In this document: one piece after another, positions 37,175-46,867 of the stretch | How positions within the stretch are numbered: the first letter of the stretch is position 1 | Layout of the letters: every line of letters starts with the position of its first letter | NCBI GenBank assembly: GCA_015486895.1 | Contig: WFQT01000217.1 | Location: 1-59,994, forward strand | Direction of reading: 5' to 3' | DNA length: 59,994 nucleotides | Origin: Anaerolineae bacterium | Lineage (GTDB): Bacteria > Chloroflexota > Anaerolineae > JAADDB01 | Position numbers and translations under genes: made by a program | The notes under the pieces: model-generated | The model's database searches: none | What the model was told of the DNA's origin: nothing | The model's input: the letters and a program-made list of their open reading frames with translations, nothing else

Positions 37175-38854
37175 TCATGTGCCGCCGCTGCGCCAAATGG
37201 ATAACCACAAGAGGATGCCTGAAATGGTAGCCACCACAACACTCGACAAGGCCAACCAGGTGATGACAGGCCAGGGCCAAGTGAAATCCGCCTGAGGTAA
37301 CAGCAGAGCGGCAGCTAAGATGAGAGCCATAGTGAGAACACTTACCACAAGCCGATTGATAACTCGCTCAGCATAGTGGCTGATCTCGATGGCGTTCTGA
37401 ATTTCCATCCGTGCAGCCATGTGGCCTTGTTCCAATTGCGATAGCAGTGCATCGATGCGACGGGGAAGCAGCAGCAAAAGATCACCCCAGGCCCCGGCGC
37501 TGGACAGCATCTTCTCTCCCACCGCTTTAGGTGAAGTGAACTGTCGCAGAATGCGAGCGGCATACGGCTTGGCTACAGCGAACATGTCGAAATCGGGATT
37601 TAGTTTCAGCCCCACGCCTTCCATCATGCCTAATGTCTTTCCCAGCAGCCACAAGTCTGACGGCAGGTGCAGGTGATGCCGAAAAGCTAATGGCCACATT
37701 TCAGTTACCAGGTCTTTAGCTCGTATCTCTTTCAGCGGCATATCGTAGTATTTTTGTAGGAGGCGGTTGATATCTCGCTGCAACGCCTGGCGGTTGACCT
37801 GGGCGTCGGCGGCACCCATGTGCAAAAGCTGATCCACAACCCGCTGAGCGTCCAAGTTCACCGCGGCAAAAAGCAAGCGGGCTAGGTCTTCCCGCAAGTA
37901 ACGATCCAAATGGCCCACCATTCCAAAATCCATGGCACCAATGACCTCACCGGGCATAACGACAAAGTTCCCCGGGTGCGGGTCAGCATGGAAAAAGCCG
38001 TCCTCCAGTGTCTCTTTGACAATGATGCGGGAACTATGTAAAGCAATAGCTTTAGTGTCCATGCCGGCACTACGGATGCCATCCACGTTGTCAATTTTCA
38101 CCCCCGAGATGCGCTCCATAGTCAGGACAAGACCGGTCGTGTATGACCAGTAAACCTTCGGTATGTAAAGATGCTCCTCTGCAGCAAAATTTCGGCGAAA
38201 TCGGTCTGCATTGCGCCCTTCCCCACGATAATCCAGTTCATTCCGCAGGGTGTTAGCGAAGTCTTCGGCAACGTCCACCAGGTCATATACCTCACCCCAG
38301 GCCGTTTTCTCCTGAGCAAGGCGAGCTAACTGGCAGAGAATGCTTAAATCTTCTTCAATTTGCGGCCGGATGTGGGGACGCTGCACTTTAACCACTACCT
38401 GCTCACCGCTATTCAGCGTTGCAGCATGTACCTGGGAGAGTGAAGCCGCGGCTAAGGGTGTCTCTTCGAAAGTCTGGAAGATAAGATGTACCGGCCAATT
38501 AAGTTCCGTTTCTATCACTTGCAGCACGTCTTCCAGAGGAACAGGAGGTGCCTGATCCTGTAGCTTGCTCAGCTCATCAATGTAAGCCGATGGCAAGAGG
38601 TCTGGACGAGTACTGAGGATTTGACCGACCTTGATAAAGGTGGGCCCTAATTCTTCCAGAGCTAAACGTAACCGTTGTGGCGCTCCGACAGTCTCACTTG
38701 CCCGGCGCTGTTGCAAAAAGCGAGTCGGCAGGAAAAGCAAAGAGGTCAAGCCCAATTGATCTACAAGTTCATCGAAACTGTAGCGCAAGAGAACCTGGAC
38801 GATCTCGCGGAACCGGCGCAAATGTTGATAGTGGTGAAACGGTGTTTCCAGCAT
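37175..38854 (-). CDS. ABC1 atypical kinase family protein (AarF/UbiB-like).
   Basis: FIKVGQILSTRPDLLP...AAASLSQVHAA...VVKVQRP...FFHADPHPGN, plus a C-terminal TM segment. Confidence 0.88.
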   Translation of the reverse strand: MLETPFHHYQHLRRFREIVQVLLRYSFDELVDQLGLTSLLFLPTRFLQQRRASETVGAPQRLRLALEELGPTFIKVGQILSTRPDLLPSAYIDELSKLQDQAPPVPLEDVLQVIETELNWPVHLIFQTFEETPLAAASLSQVHAATLNSGEQVVVKVQRPHIRPQIEEDLSILCQLARLAQEKTAWGEVYDLVDVAEDFANTLRNELDYRGEGRNADRFRRNFAAEEHLYIPKVYWSYTTGLVLTMERISGVKIDNVDGIRSAGMDTKAIALHSSRIIVKETLEDGFFHADPHPGNFVVMPGEVIGAMDFGMVGHLDRYLREDLARLLFAAVNLDAQRVVDQLLHMGAADAQVNRQALQRDINRLLQKYYDMPLKEIRAKDLVTEMWPLAFRHHLHLPSDLWLLGKTLGMMEGVGLKLNPDFDMFAVAKPYAARILRQFTSPKAVGEKMLSSAGAWGDLLLLLPRRIDALLSQLEQGHMAARMEIQNAIEISHYAERVINRLVVSVLTMALILAAALLLPQADFTWPWPVITWLALSSVVVATISGILLWLSIWRSGGT

Positions 38855-39136
38855 GATGGCCTCCGCTGGAGATTATAAGGGGTAGGAGATAGGACTGTCA
38901 AAGTAAAATGAGGCCACGGCCAAAAACATGAGCGCGACACAGCAATACTACGCCGTTGATAAAAAGCGGCATAGGAAGAATAGATCAAGCTGGAGAATTG
39001 ATTGGCCGTGTTTCATCTCAGCCTACTGGATGGCAAACCATCCAGCTACGTATCACCTCAAAAAACGGCGGGGACAATACGTACTTCTTTCAATGCCAAG
39101 CGGATATCCGGCCATCGCTGCCATATCAACCCAACT

Positions 39137-39273
39137 GGAGGTTGGTGAAAATGACGTTTTAGACTCGACCAAGCTATCTTTACCACAGATTGCACAGATT
39201 TTCCTTTGTTCTTTGACCCCAATCTGTGCAATTCTGTGTTTTTCTGTAACTAAAATAAAAAACGCCAAAGTCC
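39137..39273 (+). repeat. Family 2 repeat, copy F1 (left and right modules, inner module absent).
   Basis: Aligns with both ends of 12057-12348 and lacks ~165 bp of the middle. Ends 10 nt before the ssb stop. Confidence 0.85.
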
Positions 39274-39283
39274 AGTAGGCCAG

Positions 39284-39676
39284 CTAAAACGGAATATCCT
39301 CCGCAGGCGGCGCTTCTGGAATGTCCCCTTCACCGGTGACGGCACCACCAGCCTTGCCACCCAAGAAGCGGACATTGCGGGCAGTAACCTCTAACGTCGC
39401 TCGTGGCGTCCCATCTTGGGCAGACCAGGCGCTGGCATCCACTTCTCCTTCTACCAGCACCATGCGTCCCTTGCTGAGGTATTGATTGCACAACTCGCCC
39501 AGCTTGCGCCATGCAGTCACCCGGAACCACCATGTTTTCTCGCCTTGAGAACCATCTTGATTCGTCCAACGACGATTCACAGCCACGCGAAATGAAGTTA
39601 CCGGAGTTCCATCCGTCGTATAACGCATTTCCGGATCAGCTCCCAGGTAGCCGACGATGATGAGCTTTTGATACAT
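39284..39676 (-). CDS. ssb: Single-stranded DNA-binding protein.
   Basis: OB-fold N-terminus MYQKLIIVGYLGADPEMRYT, and an acidic tail ending DIPF. GGAGG-type SD before ATG 39676. Confidence 0.95.
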   Translation of the reverse strand: MYQKLIIVGYLGADPEMRYTTDGTPVTSFRVAVNRRWTNQDGSQGEKTWWFRVTAWRKLGELCNQYLSKGRMVLVEGEVDASAWSAQDGTPRATLEVTARNVRFLGGKAGGAVTGEGDIPEAPPAEDIPF

Positions 39677-39908
39677 GATTACCTCCCTCTGATTTAACAT
39701 TCCCACTCTGGCTACACCATCACCGGGTAACCTCGGGGGACCGGAGCAGATTCCACACTATGCAATCCACTCAAACGTAACTTCACATAAGAATAATATA
39801 TGTTACAGAAAATTGTCAAGCCATCGCTGCCGGAAGGGAACTGATCGCAATTAGTCCTGTGCGATTATCCTCGCTCGGAAGCAGGGCGTCAGGCAGCAAT
39901 CTCTGTCT

Positions 39909-40054
39909 CGGAGTTACTACTCAGCCCTCCCAACAATTGGGCATTGATACACCCTGATTTTCGCTGATCGTTTCTGGTTTATTCGCTTTATCTGCGGGTA
40001 TCAGCGGGAAATCTGCGATATCTGCGTTCTATTTGCCCAAGGCCGAGCAATTAC
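39909..40054 (+). repeat. Family 2 repeat, copy F2 (solo inner module, 39918-40049, with GTTAC/ATTAC flanks).
   Basis: Aligns with 12125-12252. It has extra 'atctgcg'/'atcagcg' units. The TAA stop of the M20 gene (40051-40053) lies in the right flank. Confidence 0.8.
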
Positions 40055-41247
40055 GTTTCGTGGCCATAACGCAGCGACGCTGCAGTCAGAATGGCCACGC
40101 CCAACGGCAAAGCATCCTCGTCGATATCAAAGAGAGGGTGATGATGGCTATAGACTTTGCCTTTGCTGACATTGCGAGATCCAAGGAAGAAGAAACAGCC
40201 GGGCACTTCCTGCAAAAAATAAGCCACATCCTCACCGCCCATGCTCGGCTCGCCGGCGACGACATTAGCGGTGCCCAACACCTGCCCGGCAATTTGCTGC
40301 ATAAAAGTAGTGGGAACTGGCGCATTGACCAAAAGAGGTGTGACGCGCTGGTAGGTTACTTCTGCCTCGGCGCCGAAAGCTGCGGCAATCTGCCCACTGA
40401 TCCGACGCAAGCGGTTTTCTACCAGATTCTGTACGTCATTGTCGAAAGTGCGCACAGTACCGACCATCTCCGCGGTTGGTGGGATAACATTAAAAGCGGT
40501 GCCGGCCTGGATGCTGCCAACTGTGAGCACTGCCGGCTGCATGGGTGGCACGTTGCGGCTGACAATCGACTGCAGCGCCACCACGATATGACTGGCGACC
40601 AACACCGGATCCACCGTCTGTTGGGGAATGGCACCATGGCCGCCGCGCCCTACCACCCGAATGCGGAAAATGTCGGCGGCAGCCATCATGGCGCCAGGAT
40701 GCACAATAGCTTTCCCCAAATCTAAGCTATTCCACACGTGCAAGCCGAAAAGCACATCTGGGCGAGGCGACTTCAATGCTCCATCAGCGATCATGGCCGG
40801 GGCACCGTTGCTATCGTTGGTGCCTTCTTCGTTGGGTTGAAACACCAACTTCACTTGTCCGGCCAACTCGTCCCGATGCCGGGCCAACAGCGTCGCCACA
40901 CCCAGGCCAATGGCTGTGTGCCCATCGTGGCCGCAGGCGTGCATCACCCCGGCATTCTGGGAAGCGTATTCAACCTCGTTCTCTTCCTGAATGGGCAATG
41001 CGTCCATGTCAAAGCGCAACATCACCACCGGACTGGGCTTCGCTCCTTGCAACAGGCCCACTACACCAGTTCGGCCCACGTTTCGCTGCACCTGGTAGCC
41101 CAGCGCTTCCAAGGTCTCGGCCACAATGCGGCCGGTGCGAAATTCGCTGAACCCTAACTCTGGGTGGCGGTGAAAATCCCGCCGCCAAGCCACTAATTGT
41201 TCGGTCAGCTTCATCGCTTCTTCCCGAATTGTTTTAACCTCGATCAT
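40051..41247 (-). CDS. M20 family amidohydrolase (N-acyl-amino-acid amidohydrolase/hippuricase-like).
   Basis: FHRHPELGFSE...DMDALP...GVMHACGHDGH...FQPNEEG. Confidence 0.88.
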   Translation of the reverse strand: MIEVKTIREEAMKLTEQLVAWRRDFHRHPELGFSEFRTGRIVAETLEALGYQVQRNVGRTGVVGLLQGAKPSPVVMLRFDMDALPIQEENEVEYASQNAGVMHACGHDGHTAIGLGVATLLARHRDELAGQVKLVFQPNEEGTNDSNGAPAMIADGALKSPRPDVLFGLHVWNSLDLGKAIVHPGAMMAAADIFRIRVVGRGGHGAIPQQTVDPVLVASHIVVALQSIVSRNVPPMQPAVLTVGSIQAGTAFNVIPPTAEMVGTVRTFDNDVQNLVENRLRRISGQIAAAFGAEAEVTYQRVTPLLVNAPVPTTFMQQIAGQVLGTANVVAGEPSMGGEDVAYFLQEVPGCFFFLGSRNVSKGKVYSHHHPLFDIDEDALPLGVAILTAASLRYGHET

Positions 41248-41600
41248 GGTTCTTTGCCTCTATCTTTCCTCCTGATGAGCAGTCGATTGCCGGATGGATC
41301 TCGGCAGACTAACAGCCCTAGTGATTTTTCCTGCCAGTTGACGTTAGCTGCTGTTAAACGCTGGGTTACGCCTTCGTAATCATCGGTGCGCAAAACCAGT
41401 TGGCCCCCAAAAGGGCCATTTTGAGGACACCGGTGCCAGGTGTAGCGCAAAACCAGCGGCATGTTACCACCGTCTAAGTGCGCATGGCCAAAGTAATTCA
41501 GTCCCAGCGGCATGCCCAAAACGTCCCGGTAAAAGCGTACCCCTGCCGCCATATCATGAACGAAAACCACTACTTCCGCCAAAGAGTCAACTGCCAACAC
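41244..41600 (-). CDS. VOC (glyoxalase/bleomycin-resistance) family protein.
   Basis: Small beta-alpha-beta-beta-beta protein with VVFVHDMAAGVRFYRDVLGM. 4-nt overlap with the M20 gene start. Confidence 0.7.
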   Translation of the reverse strand: MLAVDSLAEVVVFVHDMAAGVRFYRDVLGMPLGLNYFGHAHLDGGNMPLVLRYTWHRCPQNGPFGGQLVLRTDDYEGVTQRLTAANVNWQEKSLGLLVCRDPSGNRLLIRRKDRGKEP

Positions 41601-41961
41601 ACTGCCACTCCCTCGGGTCGGTGTACTGAACCAATTGCAAAGAGTTGCCGTCCGGGTCTAAAAACGTGAGGAACTGAGCACCAGGCACCGCTTCGGTAAA
41701 CACCACTGGCACTTCGGCGGCCGTAAGCTCGGCCTGAGCAGTGCCCATGTCGGCCACAGCAAAGATTGGCAAAACCCCCATGGTGCCGATCTTCGCGCAT
41801 GGCCGGGCCCCGATGCGCAAGCGAATAGCGGCGTCTCCTAAGTAAGCCACCGCTTCTGTTGGGGAGATGGCCGTGAAGTGTAGCCCTACCACTTCTCGGT
41901 AGAATCGCAACGCGCGTTCCAAGTCGGTGACCCAAATATCCACCCCGGCGACTTCTAACAC
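41587..41961 (-). CDS. VOC family protein.
   Basis: VDIWVTDLERALRFYREVVGL. GTG 41961, 4 nt after the fdhA stop, is preferred over the listed start at 42033. Confidence 0.65.
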   Translation of the reverse strand: MLEVAGVDIWVTDLERALRFYREVVGLHFTAISPTEAVAYLGDAAIRLRIGARPCAKIGTMGVLPIFAVADMGTAQAELTAAEVPVVFTEAVPGAQFLTFLDPDGNSLQLVQYTDPREWQCVGS

Positions 41962-41965
41962 CCTG

Positions 41966-44071
41966 TTACGCCCCCAGCGCTTCCACCTGCACGCCACAAA
42001 TCTTGTAGCCGGGGATCTTGGCGATCGGGTCAATGGCGTCTATTGTTAACTCGTTGGCGGCAGCCTCAGCAAAGTGGAAAGGCACGAACACGGTCCCTCG
42101 CGGCGAGCGGCCGGTCACCAATGCTTTTACCTCGATGGCCCCGCGCCGCGAACGCACTCGTACCATATCACCTTCCTGAATACCCAGCTTGGCGGCGTCG
42201 TCAGGATGGATTTCCACCGTCGCCTGGGGATAAACCTTGTCCAGCATGGAACGACGCGTCAGTGTGCCGCCGTGCCAGTGGTAAAGCACCCGGCCAGTGG
42301 AGAGAATGAATGGGTATTCAGCGTCCGGCTCTTCCGGCGCCAATTCGTACTCCAAAGCATGGAATTTGCCTTTCCCCCGGGGGAAGCTTTCAGCGAACAA
42401 GTATGGCGTTCCGGGATGTTCCGGCGTTGGGCAAGGCCAGGGGATACCGCCCTCGCGATCGATGCGCTGGTAGCTGATACCGGCGAAATTGGGTGTCAGA
42501 GATGCTATTTCCGCCCATATCTCCGCCGGGTGGTTATATGACCAACCGGCAGAGCGTGTCATGCCCAGAGCTTTCTCCGTCCGCCGGCCCAGGTCGGCAA
42601 TAATTTGCCAATCCGGCCGGGCCTGGCCGGGAGCAGGCAGCGCTTTGCGTACCCGTTGCACTTGCCGATCGGTGTTAGTGAATGTGCCGTCCTTCTCCGC
42701 AAAGCTCAGCGCCGGCAAAATCACATCGGCGTAAGCGGATGTCTCGTTGAAAAAGATGTCTTGGTGTACCAGGAAAGGCAGGTTCTCAAAGCGATGCCTG
42801 GCATGAGCGAGATGCGGCTCGCTCATCAGGGGATTCTCCCCCATGATGTAAAATGCTTGAATGGCACCGCTGCAAGCTCCATCTACCATCTCCGTCACCG
42901 TCAATCCGGGAGTTGGATTAAGCAAAGCGCTGCCCCAAGCAGCAGAATAATGCGCCTGCGCTTCCGGATCGTCCACTCGGGCATAGCCGGGAAAGACGTT
43001 AGGTAGGCCGCCCATGTCGGAAGCGCCTTGCACGTTGTTCTGGCCGCGCAGAGGATTCACACCGCCGCCTGCCTTCCCCAAATGTCCGCAAAGCAAAGCC
43101 AAATTGGCCAAGGAGAGGGTGTTTTGAGTGCCGTGGGTACTCTGGCTGATGCCCATGCCCCAGTAAATGGCGGCCACCGACGCTTTCGCATACATGCGGG
43201 CCGCCCGGCGAATGTCTACCGCCCGCACACCGGTGATCTTCTCTGCCCACTCCGGTGTGTACCGCTGAATAGCTTTGGCGTAGGCTGAAAACCCTTCGGT
43301 GCGTTTGTTGACGAAATCCAGATCGTACAGTTTCTCCGTCACAATGACATTAGCCATGCTTTGGAAAAGCGCCACGTCGGTGCCGGCGCGATGGCGCAAC
43401 CAGATGGTGGCGAATTTCGTCATCTCGGTAGCCCGGGGATCGGCAACAATAAGCTTCGCGCCTCCCTGTTGCACAGCTTTCTTCAAGAAAAGGCTAATGA
43501 CCGGGTGCGTCTCTGCTGTGTTAGAGCCAGTGATCAAGAACGTATCCAAGTCCAACATTTCGGCAACTGAGTTAGACATGGCAGCGCTGCCTAAAGCCAA
43601 TTGCAGTCCGGCCACAGAACCGGCGTGGCAAAGCCGGGCGCAATGGTCACAGTTATTGGTGCCTAACACCGCCCGCACATACTTTTGAAAAAGGTAATTG
43701 TCCTCGTTGGTCGCCTTGGCGGAGCAAGTTGTGGCAATGGCGTCAGCGCCGTGCTTACGCTTGATTTCTGCGAAGTGGCTGGCTACCAGGTCCAGCGCTT
43801 CATCCCAACTGGCCGTCCGGAAACCATCAATTGTTGCCTGTTGTCGTGGCGTGCCCAGCTTGCGACGGATCAACGGCATGCGCAAGCGACTGGGGTGATG
43901 TACGAAGTCGGTGCCAAAACGCCCTTTCACACACAGGCGGCCGAAATTGGGCGGCTGGTCAAAAGGTGCCGTAACCTCCACGATATGGTCATCAACAATA
44001 TGCAGGTCAATCTGGCAGCCGACACCACAGTAGGGGCAAGTGGTCCGAACAATACGATCTGCTTTGATCAT
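41966..44071 (-). CDS. Formate dehydrogenase catalytic subunit (molybdo/tungstopterin, Cys type, FdhF/FdsA-like without the N-terminal ferredoxin domains).
   Basis: TTCPYCGVGC 4Fe-4S motif. The active-site stretch CARLCHAGSVAGL aligns with E. coli FdhF ARV-U-HGPSVAGL, with Cys in place of Sec. Possible starts are 44071 (SD 'ggag'), 44119 and GTG 44140. Confidence 0.88.
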   Translation of the reverse strand: MIKADRIVRTTCPYCGVGCQIDLHIVDDHIVEVTAPFDQPPNFGRLCVKGRFGTDFVHHPSRLRMPLIRRKLGTPRQQATIDGFRTASWDEALDLVASHFAEIKRKHGADAIATTCSAKATNEDNYLFQKYVRAVLGTNNCDHCARLCHAGSVAGLQLALGSAAMSNSVAEMLDLDTFLITGSNTAETHPVISLFLKKAVQQGGAKLIVADPRATEMTKFATIWLRHRAGTDVALFQSMANVIVTEKLYDLDFVNKRTEGFSAYAKAIQRYTPEWAEKITGVRAVDIRRAARMYAKASVAAIYWGMGISQSTHGTQNTLSLANLALLCGHLGKAGGGVNPLRGQNNVQGASDMGGLPNVFPGYARVDDPEAQAHYSAAWGSALLNPTPGLTVTEMVDGACSGAIQAFYIMGENPLMSEPHLAHARHRFENLPFLVHQDIFFNETSAYADVILPALSFAEKDGTFTNTDRQVQRVRKALPAPGQARPDWQIIADLGRRTEKALGMTRSAGWSYNHPAEIWAEIASLTPNFAGISYQRIDREGGIPWPCPTPEHPGTPYLFAESFPRGKGKFHALEYELAPEEPDAEYPFILSTGRVLYHWHGGTLTRRSMLDKVYPQATVEIHPDDAAKLGIQEGDMVRVRSRRGAIEVKALVTGRSPRGTVFVPFHFAEAAANELTIDAIDPIAKIPGYKICGVQVEALGA

Positions 44072-44214
44072 TTTCTCACTCCGCAATAGGGTCACAGCCG
44101 GAGCATGACCCACAAACATTTCCTCAAAAGGTAGAGACACTTCCGAAGTTCTGCGCCCACAAGCATGATTTCAAAGGCATCTCTAGAGGCTCCCGAAGCC
44201 GTGTGCCAGGGAGC

Positions 44215-44904
44215 TTAATGCCAACTATTGGCAAGCTGCTGCGCCAGGAAATCGTCCAGGCGCTGCCAGAGTTGGGCTGCAGCTTCCTGGTCGAAGCCAG
44301 GGCTCTTGGGATTGAGCAAAGCTATAGGATCTACCGGAAATGTTTCTAAGTCGGCAGGGATACTCCCGGCGTCCAAGGCTGCTTTAATGCCTATCAAATC
44401 TGTCACTTCTGGCCCGAAGTAACCGGCCACTGCAGATTGCACCAAGGCGGCGTGTTCTCGCAAGAAGTCGGGATCGCCCCCCACGGCGACTACCGCTTGT
44501 GGCGGTAATGGCTGGATAGAGCTGGCCCAAAGGGCAAACGGCGCATTCACGCCAATACCTACCACCGCCGTGGCGTGACCTTGTGTATACCCTTGGTTGC
44601 GCAGCCAGGCTAATGCCCGTTGCACTTCGTGCCTGACTTGTTCTTCTGGCAGCGCTTCCACCGGGCGGGCAGCCTCCGCTTCACCCTCTGGTGCCTGGGT
44701 GCTCTGTCGGTAGAGGTCTGGCGCCATCACGGCGAGCCCGGCGTGGACAAACCGGTGCAATAAGTCAAAGAAATGCTTGTCAAATCCCACCTGGTCGGAC
44801 AGCAAAACGATAGCTGGATACTCGCCAGAACTATGCGGTCTAGAAACATAAGCTTGCAAATCCCCCTCTGGCGTTGCATAACGGATTAGATCAACCATAA
44901 ACAT
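44215..44904 (-). CDS. Dienelactone-hydrolase-fold protein, possibly lacking the nucleophile.
   Basis: [36 protein letters not shown] is a typical DLH N-terminal pattern. The nucleophile elbow position reads VGIGVNAP rather than G-x-C/S-x-G-G (by-eye alignment). Confidence 0.6.
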   Translation of the reverse strand: MFMVDLIRYATPEGDLQAYVSRPHSSGEYPAIVLLSDQVGFDKHFFDLLHRFVHAGLAVMAPDLYRQSTQAPEGEAEAARPVEALPEEQVRHEVQRALAWLRNQGYTQGHATAVVGIGVNAPFALWASSIQPLPPQAVVAVGGDPDFLREHAALVQSAVAGYFGPEVTDLIGIKAALDAGSIPADLETFPVDPIALLNPKSPGFDQEAAAQLWQRLDDFLAQQLANSWH

Positions 44905-44909
44905 AGAAC

Positions 44910-45620
44910 TTACCTCCGCTTTCTCATATTCTTTGCCGGGTGCGACTTCTTCGTCTGCTCCCGAACTTCATTCCAATCGGTGCCCTGGGCCAGTAGCCAG
45001 GATAGTTTTGGCTGCAGGGCATTGGTCGGACAAACACCTACACAGTTTCCGCAAAAAACGCAACTCGTTTCGGGCAACGGTTTTTCGAAAAAGGTAGCAA
45101 TATGAGAGTGGAAACCGCGCCCGGCGATGGTCAGTGCAAACGCAAATTGCATATCGCTGCCGCAAGCCTGCACACAACGTCCACAGAGAATGCACTTGTT
45201 GTAGTCGCGAATGTAGAATGGGTTATCGTCCAGAATCGGGTAAGTTAGGCGTTCACCATCAGCAAAGCGGGAAAAATCGGCGCCGTATTCTTCGGCGTAG
45301 GCCAAGATGTCAGGCGCCTCACTCACGTCAGCAGCAGAGGCCAGCATTTCTAAGATGACCTTGCGGCTGCGGTCTACTCGCTCGCTGCGGGTGTGGATCA
45401 CCATGCCGGTGCGTACTTCGGCAGCGCAAGCAGGCAGTAAAGTTCGAGCTCCTTCCACTTCCACGCTGCAAATGCGGCACTGGCCGCTGGCAGTCAGCGC
45501 TTCGTGATGGCAGAGAGTGGGAATGTCTCGGCCGAGCTGTCGCGCCGCTTCCAGAATAGTTGTCCCCACCGGTACGGCTACGCTCTGGCCGTCGATAACA
45601 CAAGTTACCAGGTCTGTCAT
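44910..45620 (-). CDS. 2Fe-2S plus 2x[4Fe-4S] ferredoxin-domain protein (NuoG/FdsA N-terminal-like).
   Basis: [18 protein letters not shown]...LCHHE...CRICSVEV, then [11 protein letters not shown] and [12 protein letters not shown]. Confidence 0.85.
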   Translation of the reverse strand: MTDLVTCVIDGQSVAVPVGTTILEAARQLGRDIPTLCHHEALTASGQCRICSVEVEGARTLLPACAAEVRTGMVIHTRSERVDRSRKVILEMLASAADVSEAPDILAYAEEYGADFSRFADGERLTYPILDDNPFYIRDYNKCILCGRCVQACGSDMQFAFALTIAGRGFHSHIATFFEKPLPETSCVFCGNCVGVCPTNALQPKLSWLLAQGTDWNEVREQTKKSHPAKNMRKRR

Positions 45621-46867
45621 TGTCCCCCTCCTTCCCCCAACAAGGAAAAGCGGTCACAGGCGCTAAGCAGAGCATTGCTGGCAGTCTGTCCCAGGCCGCA
45701 TAGCGAAGCGTCTTTCATAGTCAGGCCAATATCGATTAGTAGCGCTTTGTCGCCAGGGCGTATCTCTCCTTCTGCCAGGCGGGCGACGATCTCTGCTTGC
45801 CGCTGAGTGCCCAACTGGCAAGGGAAGCACTTGCCGCACGATTCGTGCTGGAAGAAACGGGTCACACGCCGGAGCACCTGCCACAAGTCCACCGTTTCAT
45901 CCATAACCATCACTGCCCCGGACCCAAGGGTGGCGCCGATATGGTGCAAGCTATCAAAGCCCAAGGCTACATCCAACTGCTCCGGACCCAAGAATGCCCC
46001 GGCAGCACCACCGACTAACACTGCTTGTAATTTCCGCCCGCCGGGAATACCTCCTGCCAGTTCGTAAATGAGATCTCGCAAAGTCAAATCCATGGTAGCC
46101 TCATAGACTCCCGGCCGGCGCACATGGCCACTGACCGCGTAGAGCTTGGGTCCCGGGTTGAGATGTACACCCAGGGAGCGGTACCAGAAACCGCCATTGA
46201 GGATAATAGGAGGAATGTTAGCTAACGTTTCCACGTTGTTAATGACCGTCGGCTTGTTAAAAAGGCCATGAGTGACTGGATAAGGTGGCTTCAGTCGCGG
46301 CTGGCCTCGCTTCCCCTCGATGCTCTCGAATAGCGCCGTCTCTTCACCGCAAACATAGGCACCGGCACCTCGGTACAGTTCGATGTCAAAGCAAAAGTCG
46401 CTCCCCCCGACATTAAAGCCTAAGTAAGCAGCTCGACGGCTTTCCTCCACCGCGTGGGCCAGCCGTTGGTAAGCCAAGGGGTATTCGCCCCGAATGTAAA
46501 TGTACCCTTTGTTGGCGCCCACAGCGTAGGCGGCGATGGCGAGCGCCTCTATGATGCGGAAGGGGTCACCTTCCATCAGGTAGCGATCTTTGAAAGTGCC
46601 CGGCTCGCTTTCGTCGGCATTGCAAACGACGTACTTGGGACGTGCTTCTTCTCGAGCCACCGCCCTCCACTTGAAGGCGGTGGGGAAAGCAGCGCCGCCC
46701 CGGCCGATGAGGTGAGATGTTTCCACCTCGTAGATGATGTCCACCGGCGAAAGCGTCAGCGCCCGGCGCAGTGCCTCAAAGCCGCCACTACCCACGTATT
46801 CTTCCAAGCTGGAAGGGTCAATTTTGCCGATGCGCTCCGTCAGGATCTGCGTTTGTGCGGCCATCAT
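45617..46867 (-). CDS. NuoF-like NAD(H)-binding FMN/4Fe-4S subunit.
   Basis: [39 protein letters not shown]. Confidence 0.9.
   Translation of the reverse strand: MMAAQTQILTERIGKIDPSSLEEYVGSGGFEALRRALTLSPVDIIYEVETSHLIGRGGAAFPTAFKWRAVAREEARPKYVVCNADESEPGTFKDRYLMEGDPFRIIEALAIAAYAVGANKGYIYIRGEYPLAYQRLAHAVEESRRAAYLGFNVGGSDFCFDIELYRGAGAYVCGEETALFESIEGKRGQPRLKPPYPVTHGLFNKPTVINNVETLANIPPIILNGGFWYRSLGVHLNPGPKLYAVSGHVRRPGVYEATMDLTLRDLIYELAGGIPGGRKLQAVLVGGAAGAFLGPEQLDVALGFDSLHHIGATLGSGAVMVMDETVDLWQVLRRVTRFFQHESCGKCFPCQLGTQRQAEIVARLAEGEIRPGDKALLIDIGLTMKDASLCGLGQTASNALLSACDRFSLLGEGGGQ

Noticed and set aside
39255-39280. RNase P RNA, tmRNA or SRP RNA, prompted by the 'aaagtcc' string in the repeats. tRNA genes were also looked for.
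   Set aside because: There is only a 7-nt coincidence with the RNase P P4 region and no surrounding conserved structure. No T-loop 'ggttcgaatcc'-type strings or tmRNA/SRP cores were found anywhere in the window.
40033-40725. Long antisense ORFs from the ORF track: 40033-40725, 19408-20049, 16693-17313, 9953-10513, 42074-42541 and 24067-24570.
   Set aside because: Each lies entirely opposite a gene with strong family signatures. Their products are low-complexity, Arg/Pro/Ser-rich and match no family. They are typical shadow ORFs of GC-rich coding DNA.
41966-44140. Selenocysteine recoding in the formate dehydrogenase.
   Set aside because: The active-site position is a Cys codon (ARL-C-HAGSVAGL). 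There is no in-frame TGA, and no SECIS-like requirement arises.
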